Source: Eubacteriales bacterium
GTDB lineage: Bacteria; Bacillota; Clostridia; Oscillospirales; CAG-382
Direction: 5' to 3'
NCBI GenBank assembly: GCA_045600105.1
Contig: JAZRXG010000042.1
Coordinates: 14,236 to 78,235 of the forward strand
DNA length: 64,000 nucleotides
The position numbers and the translations under genes are program-made. A model generated the notes under the pieces. The model saw only the letters and a list, made by a program, of their open reading frames with translations, did no database searches and was not told the origin of the DNA. Shown here one piece after another: positions 35,490-45,925 of this stretch; position 1 is the first letter of the stretch; every line of letters begins with the position of its first letter.

Positions 35490-38400
35490 TCAGAAAAATG
35501 TGATCTGGTTGGTTTCGGGAAGATCGCCGACGCAGCCGCGTGATCTGAGCAGCTCGAGCACCGATTTTGATATTCCCGCTTTGGTTTTGAGCTCTTCGAG
35601 GTTGGATACGCCCGACTTCATCGCCTCTTCGAGGTTGATGGCGGCGGCTTCTCCGAGTCCCGGGAGCGCTATGAACGGCAGCCGTATCCTGCCGTTTTCG
35701 GGTATGAACGCTTTGGCTTTGGATTTGAATACGTCAACGGGCAGGAACGTGACGCCGCGTGCCGCCATTTCGTTGATTATCTGCAGGCAGTTGAAAATGT
35801 CGTCGTCCTTGGCGGTCGCGTCGGCTCTCCCGTCCATTTCCTTAAGCGTTTCCATCATTTTGCGTTTGGGAAGCAGCGCAAGGTCGTAGTCGAGTCCGTC
35901 GGGGCGCGCCGTGAAATAGGTGGCATAGAATTCGACGGGACGGTAGACCTTGAACCACGCGAGTCTGAGCGCCGCGATGACGTAGGCGGCGGCGTGCGCC
36001 TTGGGGAACATGTATTTTATTTTGCGGCACGACGCGATGTACCACTCGGGCACGTCGTGGGCAAGCATTTCTTTTTCATAGTCGTCGCTGACGCCTTTGC
36101 CTTTACGGACGGATTCCATTATCTTGAACGCCGAGGACGGCTCGAGATGCTTGGAAAGCAGGTAAAGCATTATGGAGTCACGCGTTCCGATTATGGTGTC
36201 GATGGTGCATATCCCGCTTTTGATGAGTTCGTCGCCGTTGCCGAGCCAGATGCCCGTGCCGTGTGACAGACCCGATATCTGAAGCAGGTCGGAGAAGCGT
36301 TTGGGCTTGGCGTCCATCATCATTCCCCTGACGTAGGGAGTGCCCATTTCGGGAAGCCCCAGTGTACCCGTTTCGCAGTTGTAAAGGTCGTTTGGCGTGA
36401 TGCCGAGCGCCGCCGGCGACGTGAAGAGCGTCATTACGTTCTTGTCGTTCATCGGGACGGAAAGCACATCGATGCCGGTGTATTCCTGAAGCACCTTGTA
36501 CATCGTCGGCACATCGTGCCCCAGCATATCGAGCTTGAGTATGGTGTCGTGCAGATAAACGAACGCGAAGTGGGTGGTGACGACGTCGCTCGATTCCTTG
36601 TCGGCGGGATGCTGAACGGGCGAGAAGTCGTATACGTCGTACTGCTTGGGAACGACGATAATTCCGCCGGGGTGCTGACCCGTGGTGCGTTTGATGCCCA
36701 CGCAGCCCTCGGTAAGGCGGTTTATCTCGGCTTTGGAGAGCGTTATCCCCTGCTCCTCAAGGAATTTGCGGACGTAGCCGTAGGCGGTCTTGGACGCGAT
36801 CGTGCCGACCGTTCCGGCGCGGAAAATGTTCTCTTTGCCGAAAAGGACTTCGGTGTATTTGTGGGCGTCGGACTGAACGTCGCCCGAGAAGTTGAGGTCG
36901 ATATCGGGCGCTTTGTCGCCCTTGAATCCGAGGAAGGTCTCGAACGGGATGTCGTGGCCGTCGCATATCATGGGCGTTCCGCACTCGGGGCAGTCCTTGT
37001 CGTCCATATCGAAGCCGCTTCCGTACGTTCCGTCGGTGAAAAACTCGCTGTAACGGCACTTGGGGCAGCGGTAATGAGGCGGCAGCGGATTGACCTCGGA
37101 AATATCGGCGAGCATGGCGATGACGGACGAGCCGACCGATCCGCGCGAACCGACGAGGTAGCCCCTGCTTTCGGAGTTCTGAACGAGCTTGCGCGCGATT
37201 ATGTAAAGAACGGCGAAGCCGTGCTTGATTATGGCGTCAAGTTCGCGGTCCATGCGTTTTTCGACTATTTCGGGAAGCACGTCGCCGTACATTCTGTGCG
37301 CCTTTTCCTTGCAGCAGCTTATCAGTTCTTCCTCGGCGCCCTCGATCTCGGGGGTATATTTGCCGTCGGGGATGGGACGTATGCCGTCTTCGATAAGGCT
37401 CGCGATATAGCGCGTGTTGCTGACGACCACCTCGTACGCTCTGTCGCCGAGATACGAGAACTCGTCGAGCATCTCTTTGGTCGTCTTGAGGTACATCCTC
37501 GTCGGACGGAGAGCGTCCTTGTATTTCTGGCTGTGCTTGAGTATCTGGCGGTATATCTCGTCATCGGGGGTCATGAAATGCACGTCGCCGGTGGCAACGC
37601 ACGGCTTGTGGAGCTTGTCCGCGATCTCGAGTATGCGCTTGTTGATCCTTTCGAGGTCGTCCTTGGACTTGACTATCCCCTCGTCGATGAGGAAGTTGTT
37701 GTTCGAATGCGGCATTATCTCGAAATAATCGTAAAACGACGCCGTTTCGAGCTGGTCGGATTCGCTTCTGTCGTTCAGCACCATCTGATAGACTTCTCCC
37801 GATTCGCACGCCGAGCCGAGGATGAGTCCCTCGCGATAGGTCTGGAGCACGGTCTTGGGGATGAGCGGGCTCTTGTGGTAATAGTTGAGGTACGAGAACG
37901 AGATGAGCTTGTAAAGGTTCTTTATTCCCGCCTGAGTGCGGGCGAGTATGGAAATGTGGCGCGGTCTCAGGCGCTTCGGGTCGGACTTTGCCGCCATTTC
38001 GTTCACCATTCCGCTGACGGTGGCGATACCGTCCGGTTCCATTTTCTTTATCATGCAGCCGAATATCCCGGCAAGCATCGCGCAGTCGTCGCAGGCTCTG
38101 TGATGGTTGAATTCACCGAGCTTGTAGTAGTCGCGCAGAGTATCGAGCTTGTGGTTCTTTGAATCGGGGTTGATGTGCTGCGATACGGCAACGGTATCGA
38201 GATAGGCGTTTGTAAACGGCACCTTGTTGTCGTTGCAGACTTTTCTGATGAATCCCACGTCGAAGTTGGCGTTGTGCGCCACGAGCATGGTATCCCCCGC
38301 GAAATCCAAGAACATTTTCACGGCGTCTATCTGCGACGGAGCGTCTTTGACCATTTCGTCGGTGATGCCCGTGAGAGAAACGATCTTCTCGGGTATCGGC

Positions 38401-39839
38401 ATTCCGGGGTTGACGAAGGTATCGAACGTGTCGGTCACCTTTCCGCCGCAGTATCTGACCGCGCCGATCTCGGTGATGGCGCAGGTGAGCGGCGAAAGTC
38501 CCGTGGTCTCTATGTCGAAAACGGTGAAAACACCCTCGGAAAAGCTCACGTCGTTTTCGCTTCTGAACTCGAATACGGCGCGTGCCGTGTCGTCGACGAG
38601 GTAGCCTTCCATTCCGTATATCGGCTTGACGTTGGGGTGCTTGACGGCTTCCTTCATTATTTCGGGGAATCCCTGCACGTTTCCGTGGTCGGTGACGGCT
38701 ATCGCGGGCATACCCCATCTGTCGGCGGTCTTCACGACGTCGGCGGGGTCGCAGAGCGCGTCGTTTGCCGAAAGCGTGGTGTGCAGATGGAGCTCCACGC
38801 GCGTCTCTTCGGCGCCGTCCTTGGAAAGCACTTCCTTGACTTTATAAAGCGTGTTCGTTCTGACCATGACTTCGCCGTCGTATTTGTCGATGGCGGCGCT
38901 GCCGCAGACGAGCAGCGCGGCTCCGGGCTTGGGTGCCTGGAAGCCCGCTTCCTTATCGACGATGAGTCTGACGTTCATCGACGAGTCAAGGTCGGTGACG
39001 CACATACGGTAGGTTATCCTGGTGCCCTCGCGGTTTTCTTTTTCCTCGATCTGGAACAGTCTGCACAGAAAAGCGCACCGCTTGTCGGGCTCTATTTCGC
39101 GTATCGCGATTATCTTTGCGCTGCTTTCGTTGCCGTAAAGCAGCTCCTTGTCGGCTATGTTGAACCTGAGGCGTCCGGCGGAAAAGACCGTGCCGTCCTC
39201 GTTTTTTGTGAGCACCTCGCCTTCGACGGGAGAAAAAGAGCGGTTGTCGCAGCCTTCGGGAGCTGCTGCGTCGTTACGCGGCGCGTTTTTCAGCTCCCTG
39301 ATATATGCGTCCTGCGCGTCCTTCTGCAGCTTGATCTCGGCGTCGGAAAAGACGTCGAGTCTGACGCTTCCCTTGAAAACGACGCGGATATGCGTGCCGA
39401 AGCGCGAAAACACCGCGTCCTCGAAGAACTTGTCTATTTTATTTTCGATAAGGCGCGACGAAAGACCGTCACGCAGAGTGACGGTGAGCGTAAAGCCGTC
39501 GAAGGACGTTTCGTAGGATTCGAGAAATCCGTGAACGTATCCTTCGCCGTGATAAAGCAGCAGCGTGTTGACGAGCTCGGTAACGTAGGACTCGTCGAAG
39601 GCGCAGCCTCTGAAGCACGGATATATTCTGCAGTCGTTTATCGCGTACGCCTCTTTTATGCCCGTTTCGACGGCGAACAGTCCGTCACTCGGTACAATAC
39701 GGGAAAAGTCGGCATTGCATTCGACCGACTTTTCTTCTTTATTCACTCTGACCGAAAAGGACGTGATCGCGTCGATAATGCCCATATCCTCTTCGGTGGG
39801 CGTATATCGCGGGAATTTGCGGAGGAATTCTTCCGTCAT
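35490..39839 (-). CDS. polC: PolC-type DNA polymerase III alpha subunit
   Basis: PHP HLHT and TDHG, inserted exonuclease FDIETTG, GSRGSVGSS, PDIDLNFSG, KLDMLGHD, YMFPKAHA. Confidence 0.96.
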   Translation of the reverse strand: MTEEFLRKFPRYTPTEEDMGIIDAITSFSVRVNKEEKSVECNADFSRIVPSDGLFAVETGIKEAYAINDCRIYPCFRGCAFDESYVTELVNTLLLYHGEGYVHGFLESYETSFDGFTLTVTLRDGLSSRLIENKIDKFFEDAVFSRFGTHIRVVFKGSVRLDVFSDAEIKLQKDAQDAYIRELKNAPRNDAAAPEGCDNRSFSPVEGEVLTKNEDGTVFSAGRLRFNIADKELLYGNESSAKIIAIREIEPDKRCAFLCRLFQIEEKENREGTRITYRMCVTDLDSSMNVRLIVDKEAGFQAPKPGAALLVCGSAAIDKYDGEVMVRTNTLYKVKEVLSKDGAEETRVELHLHTTLSANDALCDPADVVKTADRWGMPAIAVTDHGNVQGFPEIMKEAVKHPNVKPIYGMEGYLVDDTARAVFEFRSENDVSFSEGVFTVFDIETTGLSPLTCAITEIGAVRYCGGKVTDTFDTFVNPGMPIPEKIVSLTGITDEMVKDAPSQIDAVKMFLDFAGDTMLVAHNANFDVGFIRKVCNDNKVPFTNAYLDTVAVSQHINPDSKNHKLDTLRDYYKLGEFNHHRACDDCAMLAGIFGCMIKKMEPDGIATVSGMVNEMAAKSDPKRLRPRHISILARTQAGIKNLYKLISFSYLNYYHKSPLIPKTVLQTYREGLILGSACESGEVYQMVLNDRSESDQLETASFYDYFEIMPHSNNNFLIDEGIVKSKDDLERINKRILEIADKLHKPCVATGDVHFMTPDDEIYRQILKHSQKYKDALRPTRMYLKTTKEMLDEFSYLGDRAYEVVVSNTRYIASLIEDGIRPIPDGKYTPEIEGAEEELISCCKEKAHRMYGDVLPEIVEKRMDRELDAIIKHGFAVLYIIARKLVQNSESRGYLVGSRGSVGSSVIAMLADISEVNPLPPHYRCPKCRYSEFFTDGTYGSGFDMDDKDCPECGTPMICDGHDIPFETFLGFKGDKAPDIDLNFSGDVQSDAHKYTEVLFGKENIFRAGTVGTIASKTAYGYVRKFLEEQGITLSKAEINRLTEGCVGIKRTTGQHPGGIIVVPKQYDVYDFSPVQHPADKESSDVVTTHFAFVYLHDTILKLDMLGHDVPTMYKVLQEYTGIDVLSVPMNDKNVMTLFTSPAALGITPNDLYNCETGTLGLPEMGTPYVRGMMMDAKPKRFSDLLQISGLSHGTGIWLGNGDELIKSGICTIDTIIGTRDSIMLYLLSKHLEPSSAFKIMESVRKGKGVSDDYEKEMLAHDVPEWYIASCRKIKYMFPKAHAAAYVIAALRLAWFKVYRPVEFYATYFTARPDGLDYDLALLPKRKMMETLKEMDGRADATAKDDDIFNCLQIINEMAARGVTFLPVDVFKSKAKAFIPENGRIRLPFIALPGLGEAAAINLEEAMKSGVSNLEELKTKAGISKSVLELLRSRGCVGDLPETNQITFF

Positions 39840-40885
39840 ATCAATTTCCTGACTTCTTCCGAAAGTGTTTTTACGATTTCGTTTTCTTTTACCTTGCGCG
39901 ACGGAACACCCTTGAAGAAAAGCGTTCCTTCGCCGAGTCCGCCGGCGATGCCGACGTCGGCTTCACGCGCTTCCCCGGGGCCGTTCACAACGCAGCCCAT
40001 GAGCGCGACTTTTATCGTTCTGTTCACCTTTATCCCCTTCAGCTCTTTTTCAAGCTGCTTCGCGAGCGGGATAAGGTCTATTTTGGTCCTGCCGCAGGTG
40101 GGGCAGGATACGATCTCTATATGCGGGCGCAGATCGAGCGAATAAAGCAGCCCGTAAGCCGCCTCGACCTCTTTCACCACGTTTTCGGTGAGCGACACAC
40201 GGATGGTGTCGCCGATGCCGTCGGCAAGGAGAGCGCCGATGCCGACCGACGATTTGATCACGGCCTGCTGTCCTCTGCCCGCTTCGGTGACTCCGAGGTG
40301 GAGAGGATATGTACAGCGTTCGGCAATAAGGCGGTTGGCGGCGATCATATTGCGGACGTCGGACGATTTGACCGAAATGACGATGTTGTCAAAATCGAAT
40401 CTTTCGAGCTGTCTGCACGCGAGGAACGCCGATTTCGCTATCGCTTCGGGCGTTACCGAGCCGAACTCGGCAAGCACTTCTTTTTCAAGAGAGCCGCTGT
40501 TCACGCCGATGCGTATGGGAATATTTTTTCGGTTACAGGCGTCGCAGACCTTTTTCACTCTGTCGGCGTCGCCGATATTGCCGGGGTTGATGCGTATTTT
40601 ATCTATCCCCGCTTCAGCCGCCTCGAGCGCGAGACGGTAGTCGAAATGGATGTCGGCTACGAGGGGGATGGAAACGTGTTCTTTGTAATAAGCAATGTTC
40701 TTTGCCGCGTCCATCGTATTGACGGTGAAACGCGCAATTTCGCAGCCCGCTTTTTCGAGTTTTTTAAGCTGGGCGAGCGTCGAAGCGCGGTCGGCGGTAT
40801 CGCTGTTGGTCATCGACTGAACGGCAACGGGATTTCCGCCGCCGATCTTTACCGACCCTATATTTATGACTTTTGATCCTCTCAT
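39836..40885 (-). CDS. ispG: (E)-4-hydroxy-3-methylbut-2-enyl-diphosphate synthase (flavodoxin)
   Basis: VQSMTN, ADIHFD, RINPGN, RIGVNSGS, PLHLGVTEAG, SCPTCGR, MGCVVNGPGE. Confidence 0.95.
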   Translation of the reverse strand: MRGSKVINIGSVKIGGGNPVAVQSMTNSDTADRASTLAQLKKLEKAGCEIARFTVNTMDAAKNIAYYKEHVSIPLVADIHFDYRLALEAAEAGIDKIRINPGNIGDADRVKKVCDACNRKNIPIRIGVNSGSLEKEVLAEFGSVTPEAIAKSAFLACRQLERFDFDNIVISVKSSDVRNMIAANRLIAERCTYPLHLGVTEAGRGQQAVIKSSVGIGALLADGIGDTIRVSLTENVVKEVEAAYGLLYSLDLRPHIEIVSCPTCGRTKIDLIPLAKQLEKELKGIKVNRTIKVALMGCVVNGPGEAREADVGIAGGLGEGTLFFKGVPSRKVKENEIVKTLSEEVRKLI

Positions 40886-40886
40886 A

Positions 40887-41972
40887 TCAGAAAAGCCCCA
40901 CAACGTCTTTTATCGTGATGAAAAGCATGAGTCCGAGAAGGAGCAGCATGCAGACCGCGCTGACGGCGGATTCGACCTTGGGATTAAGCGGCTTGCGGCG
41001 TATCGCCTCGATGATATAAATGACCGCTCTGCCTCCGTCGAGCACGGGAAGGGGAAGCAGGTTGCAGAGCCCGAGGCTCATTGAAATGAGCACCGCGAGA
41101 GTCGCGAGGTTAAGCACCGTGTCTCCGATGCCGTCGGACTGCTTGACGACCTCGCCTATCTGCTGTCCGACGCCGACTGGACCCGACACGGCTTCGACGC
41201 CGTACTGTCCGGCGATCGTGCGCCAGAGAGACTCAAACGTCATTTTGAGCATGGATATGGGCTGCCAGAACGCCTGATACATGACTTCGCCGAAATCCTT
41301 TTCGACGCGGTAGATGCTGAAATCTATGTCGCCCATCGTGATGCCCTGATTTACGAACGACGGGAACTGAACATCAAACGTGAGGATCTCGCCGTTTCTG
41401 AGCACTTTTACTTCAAGCGGCTTTTTGCCGCCTCTGAGCGCGACCACCGACGTGAGGTCGTAGGTGACGTGTATCGGAGTGCCGTCGATCTCGATTATTT
41501 CGTCGTTTTCGCGAAGCCCGCAGTTTTTCGTCTGCATATCCTCGGTGACGAACTGCGCGATGGTGGTGCTGCCAATCCTCGATTCGGGCATGCAGGCAAC
41601 GACGACCGTCATTACGACGAACGTGAGCAGTATATTGGTGAACGGGCCCGCGAGCACTACGAGCAGGCGCTGCCAGACCGGCTTTTTGTTCAGTCCGATC
41701 TTGCCCTCGTCGCCCGGCTGCGGCTCGTCTTCGGCGGTCTCGCCTATCATTGCCACGTAGCCGCCTATCGGCAGCCAGCGCAGGGATATATCGTTGTGTT
41801 TGCCCTTCCACGTATGGATGGCAGGACCCATTCCCACGGAAAACTCGCGTATCCCCACGCCGAAAAGACGCGCCACGAGATAGTGGCCGAGTTCGTGAAG
41901 GGTTATGAGCAGTCCGAATATGAACAGGGTTATCAGTATCGTCCATACCGACGAAAAAACGGTTCCAAGCAT
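40887..41972 (-). CDS. rseP: RIP (M50) membrane zinc metalloprotease with PDZ domain
   Basis: HELGH, PIGGYV, AGPFTN, SGPVG, NLLPLPVLDGG. Confidence 0.92.
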   Translation of the reverse strand: MLGTVFSSVWTILITLFIFGLLITLHELGHYLVARLFGVGIREFSVGMGPAIHTWKGKHNDISLRWLPIGGYVAMIGETAEDEPQPGDEGKIGLNKKPVWQRLLVVLAGPFTNILLTFVVMTVVVACMPESRIGSTTIAQFVTEDMQTKNCGLRENDEIIEIDGTPIHVTYDLTSVVALRGGKKPLEVKVLRNGEILTFDVQFPSFVNQGITMGDIDFSIYRVEKDFGEVMYQAFWQPISMLKMTFESLWRTIAGQYGVEAVSGPVGVGQQIGEVVKQSDGIGDTVLNLATLAVLISMSLGLCNLLPLPVLDGGRAVIYIIEAIRRKPLNPKVESAVSAVCMLLLLGLMLFITIKDVVGLF

Positions 41973-43123
41973 CAGTTGACTCCTTTTGCGGCAATAAGGC
42001 GTGCCGCCGCCTCCCTCGCCGCTTTATCGGTTGACATAATATCATCAATCGTCGGTTCGGGAACAAATGCGGTTTCATTGGTAACTGTGGTAACTATATC
42101 GAATATGTCGGTAAACATAATGCGTTTTTCGAGGAACGCCTCAACGGCGATCTCGTTTGAAGCGGACATTGCCGCGGGAATATTTCCGCCGCGTTTTATC
42201 GCGTTTTTCGCAAGAGAGAGCAGCGGGAAAGTCGTGTCGTCGGGCGACGCGAAGGTTATCTTGGCAAGCGACGGAAAATCAAGTTCACCCGTGAGCGACG
42301 GGCATCTTTCGGGGTAAGTCAGCGCGTACTGTATCGCAAGTCTCATATCGGGCCGCGCGAGCTGGGCGATGACCGTGTTGTCGTCAAAGCCGACCATTGA
42401 ATGTATTATGCTTTCGCGCTGAACGACGACCTCGATGTCTTCGGGCCGCACGCCGAAAAGCCAGACCGCTTCGATTATTTCGAGTCCCTTGTTCATGAGA
42501 CTCGCCGAATCGACGGTTATCTTGGCGCCCATGCTCCAGTTGGGGTGAGCGAGCGCCATTTCGGGCGTGACCTTTTCGAGAAACGCTCTGTCTTTGCCGA
42601 AGAACGGTCCGCCGGAAGCGGTGAGATATATTTTTTTGGCTTTTTTGCCGCCGAGGCATTGAAAGATCGCCGAATGTTCGCTGTCGACGGGGATGATGGA
42701 AAGCCCCTTCTCCTTCGCCTTTTTCGTGACGATGCTTCCGCCCGCGACAAGCACCTCTTTGTTCGAGAGCGCGATCGGGTGGTTTCCGCCAAGGGCGGCA
42801 AGAGTGGGCTTCAGTCCGCTGACGCCGAGCAGCGAGTTGCAGAGGATATCGCATTTCGTTTCAAACGCCATTTCGCAGAGCTCGTCGTCTCCGGTCACGA
42901 CCTTTACGTTTGTGTCGGCAAGCGAGGTTTTGAGTTCGTTGTAGTTATCTTTCCCTATCCAGGCTTTGCGTATACCGAATTCACGGCATTGAGCCTCTAT
43001 CGCTTTGGCGTTGCGGTTGCCCGAAACGCAGTCCACCCCGAGCCCGAGATGGCGCACCACCTCCATGGTCTGTCTGCCTATCGAGCCCGTCGAGCCGAGA
43101 ACGGAAACAGTCTTGTTTGTCAT
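41972..43123 (-). CDS. dxr: 1-deoxy-D-xylulose-5-phosphate reductoisomerase
   Basis: LGSTGSIG, NKEVLV.GG, PVDSEHSAIFQ, HPNWSMGAKIT.DSA.LMNKGLE. Confidence 0.96.
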   Translation of the reverse strand: MTNKTVSVLGSTGSIGRQTMEVVRHLGLGVDCVSGNRNAKAIEAQCREFGIRKAWIGKDNYNELKTSLADTNVKVVTGDDELCEMAFETKCDILCNSLLGVSGLKPTLAALGGNHPIALSNKEVLVAGGSIVTKKAKEKGLSIIPVDSEHSAIFQCLGGKKAKKIYLTASGGPFFGKDRAFLEKVTPEMALAHPNWSMGAKITVDSASLMNKGLEIIEAVWLFGVRPEDIEVVVQRESIIHSMVGFDDNTVIAQLARPDMRLAIQYALTYPERCPSLTGELDFPSLAKITFASPDDTTFPLLSLAKNAIKRGGNIPAAMSASNEIAVEAFLEKRIMFTDIFDIVTTVTNETAFVPEPTIDDIMSTDKAAREAAARLIAAKGVN

Positions 43124-43914
43124 AATACGTTTAACTCCGTAAGAATGAACGCGAGAAGTGTTATGGGAAGTATGGAATCGAATCTGTCAAGCACTCCGCC
43201 GTGACCCGGGAAGAGCTTGCCGTAGTCCTTGATGCCGTATCTTCTCTTGACGAGCGACGCCGCGAGGTCGCCTACCTGCCCCGCGATGGAAAGAGGGATG
43301 GCGACGAGGGCGAGCACGACGTAGGAAAGATCGCAGTCGAAGAAATTGTTGCACACGAGCGCGAAGACGATAAAGCCGATGATGCAGCCGACGATCCCGC
43401 CGATCGCTCCGGCTACGGTCTTTTTGGGCGATATTTCGGGGCAGAGCTTGCGCTTGCCGAGAAATCTGCCGACAAAATAGGCGAACGTGTCGGTCCCCCA
43501 CGCGGCAATGAATATGAGCAGGTACTGATAATGCTGTCTGTCGCGCACCATTACCATCAGCGCAAATCCGAGGCAGGTCACGAGGGTCTCGAACGTGACG
43601 AAACCGATGGCGTCAACGGTGTGGGCCTTGAATCCGAATACCGCTTCGCAGAGCGCGAAAACGATGACGAAAATAACAACGGACACCATATACTCGCTCT
43701 TGTATCTCGCGAGTATCGGGAGCGCCGCGCCTGCGAGAGCCGAAACGATGAGCATGGGATAGCATTTTTTGAGTCCCACGCAGGAATACATCTCGAACAC
43801 CGCGACGACGCAGAGTACGGCAAGAGCCGCGGGGAAAGCCGCCGTGCCGGAAAAATAAAGTATGGGTACGAATACGGCGAGGGCGACCGCCGCCGTGATT
43901 ATTCGAGTTAACAT
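43120..43914 (-). CDS. cdsA: Phosphatidate cytidylyltransferase
   Basis: DTFAYFVG, ISPKKT..G..GG, GDL.AS.VKR..GIKDYG.LFPGHGGVLDRFDS. Confidence 0.94.
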   Translation of the reverse strand: MLTRIITAAVALAVFVPILYFSGTAAFPAALAVLCVVAVFEMYSCVGLKKCYPMLIVSALAGAALPILARYKSEYMVSVVIFVIVFALCEAVFGFKAHTVDAIGFVTFETLVTCLGFALMVMVRDRQHYQYLLIFIAAWGTDTFAYFVGRFLGKRKLCPEISPKKTVAGAIGGIVGCIIGFIVFALVCNNFFDCDLSYVVLALVAIPLSIAGQVGDLAASLVKRRYGIKDYGKLFPGHGGVLDRFDSILPITLLAFILTELNVL

Positions 43915-43918
43915 AATG

Positions 43919-44608
43919 TCACCTGCCGAATCTTCTTTTTCTGCTGCCGTACGCCTCTATCGCCTTTTTGAGGCAGTCGAGGTCAAAATCGGGCCAATAT
44001 GTATCGGTGAAATAATATTCGCTGTAAGCGGACTGATAAAGCAGGAAATTCGAAAGTCTCATTTCGCCGCTCGTTCTGATTATGAGGTCGGGGTCGGGAA
44101 TATCGGCGGTATAAAGATATTTTTTGAACGACTCGGTATCGACCTCCTTCACGCCGTCGGCGATAAGGCGGTTCACCGCGTTCACGATATCCTGCCTTCC
44201 GCCGTAGCAGAACGCGATGCAGAACGTGAGCCCCGTATTGCGTGACAGTCTCTCCTGGATGCCGCGCATTTCGTCGGCAAGGTCTTTCGGCGCGAGCGAC
44301 AGGTCACCGAGCACGATAAGGCGCACGTTCTTTGCCATGAGGCGCTTTTCGTAGTCGGCGATGCCGCGGGCGGCGATGTCGAAAAGAGCCGACACTTCAC
44401 CCGATTCGCGTTTGAGGTTTTCGGTGGAAAAAGCGTATACCGTGAGGTATTTTATGCCGAGAGCATTGCAGTTGGTGACGAGATCGACAAGTCTGTCGAA
44501 GCCGACCTTGTGACCCGCGGTACGCGGAAGCAGACGCCTTCTTGCCCAGCGTCCGTTCCCGTCCATTATGACCGCGATATGATCCGGCAGAGCTTTGAAT
44601 TCAGCCAT
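43919..44608 (-). CDS. uppS: Undecaprenyl diphosphate synthase
   Basis: HIAVIMDGNGRWA, YAFSTEN, PDPDLIIRTSGEMRLSNFLLYQ, RRFG. Confidence 0.95.
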   Translation of the reverse strand: MAEFKALPDHIAVIMDGNGRWARRRLLPRTAGHKVGFDRLVDLVTNCNALGIKYLTVYAFSTENLKRESGEVSALFDIAARGIADYEKRLMAKNVRLIVLGDLSLAPKDLADEMRGIQERLSRNTGLTFCIAFCYGGRQDIVNAVNRLIADGVKEVDTESFKKYLYTADIPDPDLIIRTSGEMRLSNFLLYQSAYSEYYFTDTYWPDFDLDCLKKAIEAYGSRKRRFGR

Positions 44609-45162
44609 TATATCTCAAGGATCTCCTTGTTCTTCTTGGCGACGACGACGTCGACTTCCTTGATGTATTTGTCGGTGAGCTCCTGAATGCTCTTTTCGGA
44701 AGCGGTCTGTTCGTCCTCGGTCATTTCCTTGGCGGTCTTCATGGCCTTGATCTTCTTGTTTGCGTCCTGACGGATGTTGCGGAGCGCGACCTTGGATTCT
44801 TCGCCCATCTTGGCAGCCTGCTTGGTGAGTTCTTTTCTTCTTTCCTCGGTGAGAGCCGGGAAAACGAGACGGATGCATTTGCCGTCGTTCTGAGGATTGA
44901 TGCCTACGTCGGAGGCAAGGATGGCTTTTTCGATGTCGCGGAGGATGTTGGTCTCCCAAGGGATTATCGCAAGGGTCCTGGCGTCGAGCGTTTTGACGGT
45001 GGCGACGCCGGAAAGGTCGGTGGGAGTGCCGTAGTAGTTGACTTTGACTCTGTCGAGAACGCGTGCCGAAGCGCGTCCCACGCGGATGGCTGCGAAGTCG
45101 TCTTCGAGGACCTTGATGGTCTTCTTCATTTTTTCTTCAAATTCTTTGTTGTCGAGTTTCAT
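44608..45162 (-). CDS. frr: Ribosome recycling factor
   Basis: IRVGRA, YYGTPT, GINPQNDG, LTEERRKEL, RNIR.DAN. Confidence 0.96.
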   Translation of the reverse strand: MKLDNKEFEEKMKKTIKVLEDDFAAIRVGRASARVLDRVKVNYYGTPTDLSGVATVKTLDARTLAIIPWETNILRDIEKAILASDVGINPQNDGKCIRLVFPALTEERRKELTKQAAKMGEESKVALRNIRQDANKKIKAMKTAKEMTEDEQTASEKSIQELTDKYIKEVDVVVAKKNKEILEI

Positions 45163-45203
45163 TTTTTCTTCCTCCCGTTATTTTTGTTTTATGTTTATTT
45201 CGT

Positions 45204-45902
45204 TTATTCTATGAGCGTGCCGACGTTTTCGCCCCTGATGGCGCGGAAAATGTTCTCCGGATCGGCAAGGCTGAAGAGAAGCACCTTGACGTTGTTCTCT
45301 CTGCCGAGGGATGCCGCGGTCTGGTCAATGACGCCGAGGTTGTTTTCGAGTATGGTATCATAGCTTACTTTATCGAATCTGACCGCGTCGGGGTATTTGT
45401 TGGGATCCTTGTCGTATACGCCGTCGACCGCCTTTGCCGAAAGGATGACGTCAACGCCGAGCTCGGCTGCTCTGAGCATCATGCCGGTGTCGGTGGAGAA
45501 GAACGGATAGCCGACGCCGCAGGCGCAGAGGACGACTTTGCCCTCGTTCATATACTGTCTTGCTTTGGACTGCGAATAGGTCTCGCAGAACTGTTCGACG
45601 GGAACGGCGGAAAGCACTTTTGCGCAAAGTCCCGCTTTTTCGAGGTAATCCTGCATACCGAGGCAGTTGATGAGGGTCGCGAGCATGCCCATGTGGTCGG
45701 CTCTTACGCGTTCGACGCTTATGTCCTTCTGACGCGCGCCTCTCCATATATTGCCGCCGCCGATGACGATGGCGATCTTGGCGCCGTTGTCGACGCATTT
45801 TTTGATCTGTGACGCCACCTCCGCGAGGAACGAGCCGTCGAGTATGCCGTTTTTGCCGGAAAGCGCTTCTCCGGAAAGTTTGATGAGTGCGCTGTTGTAC
45901 AT
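45204..45902 (-). CDS. pyrH: UMP kinase
   Basis: LIKLSGEAL, GGGNIWRG, DHMGMLAT.IN, PFFSTDT, DGVYDKDP. Confidence 0.95.
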   Translation of the reverse strand: MYNSALIKLSGEALSGKNGILDGSFLAEVASQIKKCVDNGAKIAIVIGGGNIWRGARQKDISVERVRADHMGMLATLINCLGMQDYLEKAGLCAKVLSAVPVEQFCETYSQSKARQYMNEGKVVLCACGVGYPFFSTDTGMMLRAAELGVDVILSAKAVDGVYDKDPNKYPDAVRFDKVSYDTILENNLGVIDQTAASLGRENNVKVLLFSLADPENIFRAIRGENVGTLIE

Positions 45903-45925
45903 GGAAATCAACCTCTCAATCTATA

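Noticed and set aside
35490-39839. Possible intein or extra insertion in PolC
   Set aside because: 1449 aa is normal. The exonuclease-within-PHP arrangement is canonical and no splicing or LAGLIDADG motifs were seen.
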